The notes under the pieces were generated by a model. It was not told where the DNA came from. It worked only from the letters and a program-made list of their open reading frames with translations, and ran no database searches. Shown piece after piece: positions 27,101-39,100 of a DNA stretch of 64,000 bases. The DNA comes from Tubulanus polymorphus (Eukaryota > Animalia > Nemertea), in contig NC_134034.1 of the NCBI RefSeq assembly GCF_964204645.1, positions 10,986,962-11,050,961 of the forward strand. Direction: 5' to 3'. The stretch's first letter is position 1; each line of letters starts with the position of its first letter. A program made the translations under genes and the position numbers.

Positions 27101-30100
27101 GACATCATCAAATTGAATTATCGACACTTCCAGAAAAGATGTTTGCCTCTATTAATCCCCCTACGACATCATCAAATTGATCTAAAGAGACTTCGAGATG
27201 ATGTGATCCGTAGATTCATGCAAAAGATGGCTGCCATCACATAAATCCCCGGATGACATCATCACCTTGATCTGTAGACCATACAAGTGAAGATGGCTGT
27301 CTCCATTAATCCCCCTACGACATCATCAAAAACAATCTATCTGACCAAAAAAGATGTCCGCCGCCATCAATCCCCATATGACAATGCAAAGATCCATCTG
27401 ACCTAGAAACTCTGTTGCTACCAGAAATTCATGATGATTGAAAATGTTGTTTTATTTTGCAGGATTTTTGTATATGAGTTCATTTCTGCACCAGTGGTTG
27501 ACAGCGACGCAGTATATCGCTCCACTGATGGCAAACTTCGATACCAGAATCGGAGACAGTTCGCATATAAAATACGTCGATAATGGTATGTAACATTTAT
27601 ATATCATCCAATCAGCAACGTCGACCCTGTCATATCATCCAATCAGCATCCTCAAACCGGTGATATCATCCAATCAGTAGCCTGGACCTAGAGATATCCA
27701 ATCAGCATCCTCAAACCAGTCATATCATCCAATCAGCAGTCTGGACCCTGTCATATCATCCAATCAGCATCCTCAAACCAGTCATATCATCCAATCAGCA
27801 GTCTGGACCCTGTCATATCATCCAATCAGCATCCTCAAACCAGTCATATCATCCAATCAGCAGCCTGGACCCTGTCATATCATCCAATCAGCAGTCTGGA
27901 CCCTGTCGTATCATCCAATCAGCATCCTCTGCTGCCGAACTGGTTCCGAAGTTTCCAATGAAATTTGATTTGAATCGGTTTATTTCGAATGTTTCAACAA
28001 ACCGTGCATTTTAAACCACAACCAAGATCTATTGAAGTCGAAGATTTGATTCCTCGTATGGGCTCGTAGATATTGTTCCTATATCTGTAAACTTACCACT
28101 CGAAACTCGTTATTTTCAGGCACCCTTTTTGTCGTTCAATGGGAAAATGTCCACCTTAAAGATCTTGCTCCCGGTAGGTTTTTTCGAATGGATAACGAAA
28201 TTACGACCCGATTATTTACCGCAAAATTATATCGTCTTGAACGAAATCGTTTTGAAAATGTATTTCTTAATATATTGAATTTATTTTTTCATCGCAGTCG
28301 GATCGTTCAATTTCCAAGCAGCATTATTCAAATCAGGAAAAATTATATTTTCATATATCAAAGTAAGTTTCAAACGATATTGCCGTCTCGTTGCCAGCGC
28401 CATCTGGTGTTGCCGGTATCTCGTTGTTTTTCGTAATGGCGCCCGGGAGAGGTAAGGTTTGATTTTCTATCGTTTTCCGTTCGTTTAGGTTCCGTACGCG
28501 ATACAGAATATTCCGGTCGGTCAACATCCGGTTAAAGTGGGCGTTTCAGACGCGTTCTACAACGACACCGATCACTACGTACCTCAAGGAAGTAAGTTCG
28601 GTCTCCTCTCCCCTCCTCCTCCCCCCATCTCCCGACCGGCGTATGGGGAAATCTGTAATCCGAAAGAGTTGAAAATTTCTCAAGTTTTGATAAATTCGTG
28701 TCCGTTTAAGCCTTTCAGTGCCGACCAATTGATACCCTATAGTGCCGGAGTTAATTTTAAAATGTTGAAAATTCTGCCCTAGTGTGTTTAATAACGGGAA
28801 TAGCACTATAGTGCGTCTACACCGCGGTGCGGTGTATTGTTAGTTACTAATATTTCACTGTTTGACAGGTGCTGACATCTTTCAATAGAGATTAAAACTA
28901 ATCAATTACTAATGATACCAATACATCGCGATGCGGTGTACTAGCAAAATACATCACCGATTTATACACCACACTGCGGTGTAGAGGCATTGAAAGAGTA
29001 AAGTCGGACAAAATTTCTCCGTGATATTGATATCAGGGTTAACTTGTATGCAATTCATGCATAGGATCAAAAAAATATTGCTATAAGCATCGAAGATAAA
29101 TGAGTAAACTGGTTATTTCTGTTGTTCAACAATAGTTAAAGTTTTCTCGAAGGTAACCTGTCATTCCTCGGTTCCGCCAATACAGGGTTAATTCGAACGG
29201 TATTGTTTTTTTTTTGGATTCTACTCTTTCATTTGCGAGTTTTGAATTGCAGAATTTCGAACGCGTAAAATACAGGAGTATCATCGAATAGAGATCCAAG
29301 GCAGTTTAATAGTATCGGGTTCAGTGATTGTACTGAACCCTGTTCCAAGTAAATAAACCGATCAATAATCCCCCCCTTGTTTTACCGTCATATATACTGA
29401 TCGTTGTCTGATCGCATGCCTTCTATGCTTATACAACATGAGGCAACCTGTCCAGAGACCTGCCTCTGAAAATACTGAACTGTACCCCCTGACGCACAAA
29501 GAGCTGTCAACCATCACCGATTGCTAGGAACAGCCTCTGAAAATACTTAACTGTACCCCCTGACGCATGCAAAGCTGTCAACCATCCCTGATTGTCAGCA
29601 ACAGTCTCTGAAAATACTTAACTGTCCCCCTGATACACACAGAGCTGTCAACCACCCCTGATTGTCAGTAACAGTCTCTGAAAATACTTAACTGTCCCCC
29701 CTGACGCACAAAGAGCTGTCAACCATCACCGATTGCTAGGAACAGCCTCTGAAAATACTTGACTGTCCCCCCTGACGCACACAGAGCATCCTTGATTGTC
29801 AGCAACAGTCTCTGAAAATACTCACCTGTTCCCCCCCCCCCCCGACACACACACACAGAGCTGTCAACCATCCTTATTGTCAGCAACAGTCTCTGAAAAT
29901 ACTCACCTGTTCCCCCCCCCCCCCCCCGACACACACACACAGAGCTGTCAACCATCCTTATTGTCAGGAACAGTCTCTGAAAATACTTAACCCTCCCTCC
30001 TGGCTGTCAACAATCCCTCATTGTCAGGTACAGTCTCTCACTATTTCCCCTGATGTAACAAGTCTTGGGTAATGGTTTATTATCCCCTGATTGTCAGGAA

Positions 30101-33100
30101 CAATGTCATTAACATAAATTATAAGCATAGAAGGTTTTTTTTTTAAATTCTTGTCTCATTTAAACCCATAGAATGCAACAGATTTTACTTACGAGTTTTA
30201 TTTTTTTTGTACTGTAGACTTTCCTTTACCACAGCGCAGAGCAGTCTCAAGACTGAAGTTATGTGCGAGTTCAGAGGCTATTTATACGGTCAAAGTCTAC
30301 CAAAACAATCAGTCATGACTGGCGTCTGTGGCGTCAAAGCAGATTCTACTGTAATATTTGAAACCCTGCATGGTTGTATCTTATATAGCCTAGAACTCTG
30401 GAGCCAGTCGTGCAGCAATGGCTTAGACTTAAGACCAGTCTAAGACCATCTTAATTGTATGGTGTATCAGTGTTCTCCCCGTGCTAGAATTTTAAAGGGG
30501 CTGATTTCAATTAGCATTGATAGAATTTTGAAATCCACTCTCTGGTAGGTGCAGGAGATATTTCATAAATGGCCATTCATTTGGGGTGGATGTAAAAATG
30601 AAATAGGGTGGTCGCCCCTCTAAAACCTGTTGCGGAGAACACTGCTTATCTAATTAAGATTGAAGATCACTTCCTGGACTTGCATCACGACTGGCGCCTG
30701 GCCCCCCTGCATCCTTCCAACCTCCATCGCTCGTGTGGCATGTTTTTTCATTTACGATTATTTTCGATTTGTTTTCTGTATTTGTAGGGCGGCGGACTCG
30801 TCTGATTCGCGAATACCACCGAGTCGCTTTATCATATAAATATATAGTCAGTGGCGCCGTCTATGTTTTAAATCCCGTCGAGAGTATGTATTAGTGTTTG
30901 GGATCGTGGATAGGGGGCGCTTGAATACGGTTTACGTAGTTGTGGCTCGGTTGTCATGAGCGGGATCCAGTTTGAGCAGTCGGTCCTCCGTCGGTTTAAA
31001 ACATTGAAAATGAATGAACGTTACCACTAGAGTCAAATTTCACCGATGGCCGTGAAACTGTGTCCAGGTTTTTGATTGAAGTTGTGGCAGCGGTTCTTTG
31101 TCTAAAACGTTACCAGCTTTTTTGATAATTAAACCGTACTATTTCTTCTCTTACCGCACCGCTCTACGCATCTGCACTTCACAAGTTCGATTATGACGAT
31201 CGGAAATTGATTTCACTCTGAACCTTTCGTTTTTCATCTAAATGTTTTTCTAATATATCATCGTTGTCGAAATCTATGTGTAATGTTTATATTCTATCTG
31301 TAATATCTGCTGTTTGTTAGGTACCGGTATAATACCTACGTGTTCAGCTATACTCAATGAACGTTAAACAACTCAGCCAAATATCTTCCGATAAAATTCT
31401 TCGATATCAATTTCCAAAATTTAAGGGATTTCATCTTGGTAACGATGATAATGGTAATAACGCAGAGATTCCAGCTGATATTTTTAGAGATAGGCCTAAT
31501 AATAATAATGATAATGACAATAATGATACTAAAGGTAACGATGAAAAAGATAAAGACAATGATAATGATGATAAAGATAATGATAAAGACGATGATAATG
31601 ATGATGACAATAATGATAGTAAAGGTAACGATGATAAAGATAAAGACAATGATAATGATGATAAAGATAATGATGATAAAGACGATGATAATGATAATGA
31701 TAATAATTATGGTAATGATACTGATGATAACTGATGTTTGTTATTTCAGCATGTTTAATGCAGAAGGACTGCAGCACGTGTTTAACGAAGAGTCTTTCGT
31801 TCAGCTGTTCGTGGTGCTCCGCGTTGGAGCACTGCTCCGACGGTATGGATCGTAAACGTCAGTTGTGGTTCAAGAAAGGCTGCGCTAAACAGGTACGTCG
31901 CCATAGCGATCATTGTCGCCGTCGTGAACGAGGGACCGTTCATGCTGGGTATAATGATGAATGTTATCCTTGCATGTTTGCGTTTGTTCACGCTTTTAGA
32001 TGCATGAAATGTGTTTTTTACAAGGTTTTCTCAGTGTTGAAATGGATATCGATATACGTTTTCTAGATGTAATTTTTATTGATTTCCTAATGAGATTCAT
32101 GTAGACTTACGTAATTAGGTTTCGATCGGTTTCTACCGATTCTCGAATTCTCTTCTGGCGCATTCGACCGGAATACGCTCAACCTATTCCGAAATAGCAT
32201 AATCTGTAAACCCGATAGAAGCGGCCGGTAGAGAGTTTGTAATCTGTAAACCTGATAGAAGCGGTCGGTAGAGAGTTTGTAATCTGTAAACCCGATAGAA
32301 GCGGCCGGTAGAGAGTTTGTAATCTGTAAACCTGATAGAAGCGGCCGGTAGAGAGTTTGTAATCTGTAAACCTGATAGAAGCGGCCGGTAGAGAGTTTGT
32401 AATCTGTAAACCTGATAGAAGCGGCCGATAGAGAGTTTGTAATCTGTAAACCTGATAGAAGCGGCCGGTAGAGAGTTTGTAATCTGTAAACCTGATAGAA
32501 GCGGCCGGTAGTTAGTTTGTAATCTGTAAACCTGATAGAAGCGGCCGGTAGTTAGTTTGTAATCTGTAAACCCGATAGAAGTGGCCGGTAGAGAGTTTGT
32601 AATCTGGCATCGCTATTCCTAAATGGGAATACATCCAATCAAAAGTTGCATTTGCTAGCTTTGAAGCTTTAAAAAATGTAAATAGATGTAACAGAGACAT
32701 TGAATGATTACCATTAAACGAGTAAGAATTTGGATCATTTTAAAATGTAAATAGATGTAACAGAGACATTGAATGATTACCATTAAACGAGTAAGAATTT
32801 GGATCATTTTAAGTTTATCAAAATCGAACATGAAAAAAATTGTTCTCATCTTGCTCATGTATACTTCTGCTAGTTTATCACCAAGTGACCTTGACCTATC
32901 CTGCATGATTATTAGAAATTTCTGTCGAACCGTATTTTTATAGGGATTGAAAGTCGCTTCGATGTGTAATCGCGCGACAACAGTGGCGCCATCTCGTAGC
33001 AAACTGACTACGTATCGCAGGCCACAACCTGCCACCGGTTCACCCACAACTCTTACAAAAACCACTCAATCAACCTCTAAACTACTCGGTACCACTTGGA

Positions 33101-36100
33101 AAACTACCGGTCACGTGACTTCTAGGAAAACTACCAAGGATATGAATACTTCCCGGAAGACGTCTGCTCGTATGGCGACTTCCAGGAAGACAACTCCTGC
33201 TCCTGAACCATCCGTTACAACTCAGACTACTCGGAAAACTAGCCACCTGGTGGTCACAATGTCAGGTACCAAACGACCGATGAGACGAACCACGCCATCT
33301 CTGAAACGGTCAACAGCAACGAAACTCAAACCAACAACAATTACTGCGGGCAAAACTTCACCATTATCGTCATTGACAACGGGCTTAGGAAAAATCGGTG
33401 GTTCACCAGCAGCGCAGACGGACGGATGTGTCGTAGACGCTGATGTAACTATGGAGATTTGTAGATCCTTGAAGAAAAGATGGCCGCCTCGTTTAATCCT
33501 CCAATGACATCATCAGCACTGAAAACCTCAAATTCCGGAGCGGCCATCTTTTTTGGAAAGGGTTCTTATCTACCTGCTTGACTGATTGGCTATTTCATCA
33601 TCAGGGGCGGATCCGTACAGTTACTGGCCACACCCACTCAACTCCTAATATGGCAATTTTCAACAACCTTGACACATTGGAGGACAACATGGATCTGACC
33701 CCTGAGTTTTCAAATACTGACTCCGACACACCACTTTTAAAGCGCACTTCTGGATTGATTAATCTTTCTCGTACTGTTTCATTTGCTTCCTAAAAACATT
33801 CTAATATTTCATCACGAGCATTCACTCATAGTCGTAGATACATGTTGCCAGTGTAACTGTGTGAAATCATGTATTCATCAATATCTCGTATCGTGTAATA
33901 GATTTACTAATTGTGATGAGTTGTAATAAATTTACTAATTTCGATCCCCAGGACGCTGTTTTTAACTATAATCTATGACCGGTTTCAGGCGCGTTGGAAG
34001 CAATTTTTGAATGCCGCGACCAATCGCCGATTTTTTGACGAGGTTCTAATATTCAGCCGCGGCGAATTTACTTCAACTTTGTCAAAATCATAGTAGAGAA
34101 AAAAAAACGTCATTCAGTAAATTATTGCCACGGCGTTCACCCCTGCAGTCACTACGGTTCCAACGGCCACTAGTTCTGGGGCCAGTCAATGGCCTTCAGT
34201 CGTTAACGTAATCTAGTGAATTAAGACTGGTTTAAGCCCCTGTTCAAACTCAATTCACGGCCGTACATTTATTATAGACTGCATTTCTAAACTGAAGAGC
34301 CATATTTTAACCCGCACAACTCTGCGCGTCCTGGGGGTATAAAACAATTCGTGCGTTGTTTTTCTGCGTTGTCAAAAATTTCCTCTTCGTGTATTTTTTT
34401 TGATGTTATGTATTGTCAAGAAGGATAAGGTCAAGGTCGTAATGTTGCTCGAAGTCCAGTTCATTCAGTTAATGTAATTAGTAAAGATGAGATTTTGTGT
34501 CGATATCGAGTCCCCGATAATTCGAAGAATATTTCGTTCGTCTCGTTCTAATTCTTTTTTCGTCTCTATTTTCAGAACAACAAAACATGTCCAGGTAAGA
34601 TGAGAGAGATTATTTAAAGTTTGTCAGTAGTTAGACGGTACGCGTACAGCTCTTATCGCACTGTCGAAATACTCGCGCACTGCTACTGCGGTTATCGGTC
34701 GTTACCACCGGGGCCTAATTCTGAACGGTTTGAACGTGGTGACGAGGGTTCGACTCCTAAGGACGTTAGTTCGTTTTGCAATGATTTAACGCTCGCGCGA
34801 GTCAAATTTCTAACAATCGCTGCAGTTGTTGAGAAGTTGGTTAACCCTTTCCGTGCTGACCCTATAGTGCTTGAGAAAATGTGCAAATTTGGGAAAATTT
34901 CACCCTAGCGTGTTGAATAACAGGAATACCACTATAGCGCGTCTACACCGCGGCGCGGTGTATCGTTAGTTACTAGTATTTCACTATGTTTGACAGGTGC
35001 TGCCTTATTGAGAGATTATCACTAATTAAATCAATACACTGCAGTGCGGTGTACTAGCAAAATCCATCACCGATTTATACACCGCACTGCAGTGTAGATG
35101 CACTGAAAGGGTTAACCAGTAGATAGTTAACATAGTGACAATTAGAAGTTCATCGAGCATTGAAAATTGGTCTGGGCTTCTCGTGGCCTACCCACAGAAC
35201 AATTAGGACTAAAGGGGTATTTTCTGGATGCCATTTGAATTAATTTTCTGTCGTTTTAGAATTTTCTTGGCGAAAAAAAGTTTCCTGATTTTTTGTAGGG
35301 CACATTCGAATACTGAGGGGTCCACCCCCTAAATCCGCCCTTAGGTTGTCACCCATATCGCTTACATTTTGCTCAAGAAATGTGAAAATCGAACAAAATA
35401 AAATCGAACTGAATAAATGAATATCCAGGGTAGTAAAAGACGTGCGTTTGAGAACTAGGCTCTGAGGGGTTCCCTAACCGTTTGTCTCACACACCGAGAG
35501 TTTACAGCAATCGAGATCGTTCTTCTTTTTTAGATACTACTAATTTACGGACCAGCCGTCCACCAGGTGGCGCTACCTCCACACGGTCTCGTACTGGTAT
35601 AGATTACCTAAATAATATATAAGCTTAATATTACATTTCACAGTTTCTGATCGATATCTGTTCTCAATCTTATGCGAATCGAATTGAAGCTGTTTTCTTT
35701 CGTCTGATTGCTGGAAACTCTTTTCTACTGTGTCTATTGCATATATTATTACGAACACTTCTGACGCGAAATTGCTTTTCTGCCGAATAAAAATAAACAT
35801 AAATTCCATGAATTGGCAATAGGTGACAGCACTAAGACACTGAACAGTTGAGCCTGGTATCGCGAACAAGTTTTATGATTTTGGGCTTGGGCTGATTATG
35901 GGCTTGGACCGATACCAGGTTTGGACTGATACTTTAGACTCAGTTAACTGAACAATTAATTGCAATTGCCGATTCATGAAATTTTACAAATAACAAAATG
36001 ATGTTCTTCGTGACCTTGACCTATATGTGCGCACTGAGTGACCTTGCTTGTGACCTTGTCTTTCAGCGGCGTCGGCTAGCAGACGGATATCTTCATCGTT

Positions 36101-39100
36101 GACCAGTTGTATGTGTCGACTCTCTCACGCTTCTAGTGTTCGTTCGTGTTGTCGTTATCGATACCTTTAGAATATTTCTAGTAGACACCGCTAGAGGGCG
36201 CCGCAAGTCCTTAACCTGCCTTCCAAATCAACAAAAATAATCTCCAACAATTGTCGAGTAACTTTTCGCCAGTTCTGGTTAGATTCAGGGTCAGTTTCTA
36301 AGGGGGGTTTGGGGGTGGCAAATGGCAAATGGCTGAGAAAGTGTCCCTTTTCAACTGCCCATTTCCTTGAAATAGAACTAACCCTCAAGAAAGCTTGGCA
36401 CGCACGGGCCCGAGTTTTACCGTCAAGGTTAAGCCTAAAAACCGTATGAAGCTTATTTCAGTTTTTTGGCTTATCTCTTACGGTATGAAACCACTTTCAT
36501 TCTCGAGCCAAGTACGCGGTACTGAGCCTCGCGAGTATTGATACTCGGTACTCTGATATAGCTTTCCTGTCCCGAATTTAAGCTGCTTTCTCTTTTGTTA
36601 CAAAAAAGTCCGCGGATATCATTTCCACAAAACGGCGGTATTAGTAACAAAATACGGATGATTTTCCGCCAATTTTTTTTGAATCGTCTTAATGATTATC
36701 GTCTGCTGGGAACCTCAGATTTCGGAGATTCAGTTGAAAGACTTGCGGTGTTCGCGTGTTGATATTTTTTTTTCTAGAGAGCATGTCGAAATAATAAAGA
36801 GATTGGTGCAGAGCGTTTAGGCTATTAAAAAAAATGATACCTTATTTCTCCTAATCGGGGGCAAGACATTTTTGTAAAACTGCCACAAAATTTGTTCATT
36901 TCTATAACTGCCGGGTCTGTTGTTGTTCGCCTGATCGCGGTTTGAAAAAAAGTGTCGTACAGGGTAGATAGGCGGCCGACCGGGGTCAACTTAAAGCTCG
37001 GCAGATGGAGAAACAAAGGTATCAATTTCTTTTACGAGTATAGATGGCAGCTCTGCATGAATCTCTGAAATAGCCAGAATTCACGAGTGATATTTGATTT
37101 GGACAGTCTTTGCGTAAATTGCACACCTTCTTCTTTAGAATTAAGATTTCATTTGAATGGGAATCTGGCTAGGATTTAGAAATTCCTTCGTTTTTATCCC
37201 AGTTGCGACACCCCCACCTCCTTCCCTCCCTTCTCCCTCCTTTCGTGACATTTTCAGGCAGCAGTTTTCATTATTATTATGATTTCAGCATATTTTATAT
37301 CGAGAATTATGCCCCTCCGGCGACAGACGGCTCCTCCTGAACGGCAGACGGAATATTGGAAAACGACGATTTTTTTTTTCAAATCGAAATAAACAAATGA
37401 GGCGTCAACTTTTCTATTATTAGACTCCGATCAATGAACACGACAACATATTTTTTGTTGATATTTCTTCGTATCGTATATGAATATTTTGCCACCGATT
37501 TCCGATATTCCTTCCCTCTCGCTATCGTTGAAATCGGTTTGAGAAACGCATGTTTATTTACTGCTGTTAGCTTCGAGCTCACCGACGAAATAAATTGAAA
37601 AAAATATACCGAGCTGCCAACTGTTCCTGATTATCAGTATTTGTTACTATTTCACAGCGAGAAATACTGATTTGATTTGTTTGATGCATACAGAAATATG
37701 AAACATGTTACTGATGGTTTTACCCCCCTTGATGACTGATTAATTTGAACATTGTCATATTGCAATGAAATTTTGCCGAAAAAATTCAATTTGTTACTGA
37801 TAGCATTTTTCAGAGGTTGGCAGCCCTGAAAACCTAACGATAGGTTTTTGACAATGACAATGTTTTAGAGATACTTCCAGAAAAATGACTGCCTCCATAA
37901 ATCCCCCTATGACATCATGAAATCATCAGGGTGATTATGACGGTTGCCATCTTTGGATAGAAGAGGTAACCTGCCTCCATAAATCCCCCTATGACATCAT
38001 GAAATCATCAGGGTGATTATGACGGTGGCCATCTTTGATAGAAGAGGTTACCTGCCTCCATAAATCCCCCTATGACATCATGAAATCAGGGTGGTTGTGA
38101 TGGTTGCCACCTTTGGATAGAAGAAGTTACCTGCCTCCATAAATCCCCCTATGACATCATGAAATCATCAGGGTGATTATGACGGTGGCCATCTTTGGTA
38201 GAAGAGGTTACCTGCCTCCATAAATCCCCCTATGACATCATGAAATCATCAGGGTGATTATGACGGTTGCCATCTTTGGATAGAAGAGGTTACCTGCCGC
38301 CATAAATCCCCTTATGACATCATGAAATCAGGGTGGTCGTGATGGTTGCCATCTTTGGATAGAAGAAGTTACCTGCCTCCATAAATCCCCTTATGACATC
38401 ATGAAATCATCAGGGTGATTATGACGGTTTCCATCTTTGGATAGAAGAGGTAACCTGCCACCATTAATCTCCCTATGACATCATGAAATCAGGGTGGTCG
38501 TGATGGTTGCCATCTTTGATAGAAGAGGTTACCTGCCTCCATAAATCCCCCTATGACATCATGAAATCAGGGTGGTCGTGATGGTTGCCATCTTTGATAG
38601 AAGAGGTTACCTGCCTCCATAAATCCCCCTATGACATCATGAAATCAGGGTGGTCGTGATGGTTGCCATCTTTGATAGAAGAGGTTACCTGCCTCCATAA
38701 ATCCCCCTATGACATCATGAAATCAGGGTGGTCGTGATGGTTGCCATCTTTGATAGAAGAGGTAACCTGCCACCATAAATCCCCCTATGACATCATGAAA
38801 TCGTCTATTGTCTATAGACTCGTTATTGGGGGGATTTACGGTGCAAAAACTCTTAGAGAAACTTTAAAAAACTGATTGTTTATTAATGTTCCTGATACTA
38901 ACATTTTTTCCATCCTGATATAGAATCCTCGATATTTATTCATTTGGATTTCTCGATTCTTTCATCTGTTTTTAGCAACTCTTTTCTTTCGTTAACCGTG
39001 TTTAGACGATATTCATATCGGGGGTCAGTTGTTTAGAGTAATTACGGTAACGTCGAAATGCAATATTCGCTCGCACCCTCCACATTTAGACCGGGAGCTC

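Noticed and set aside
31357-31855. Asp/Asn-rich and Met/Ile-rich ORFs
   Set aside because: Intronic (GAT/AAT)n tract upstream of the PSI exon.
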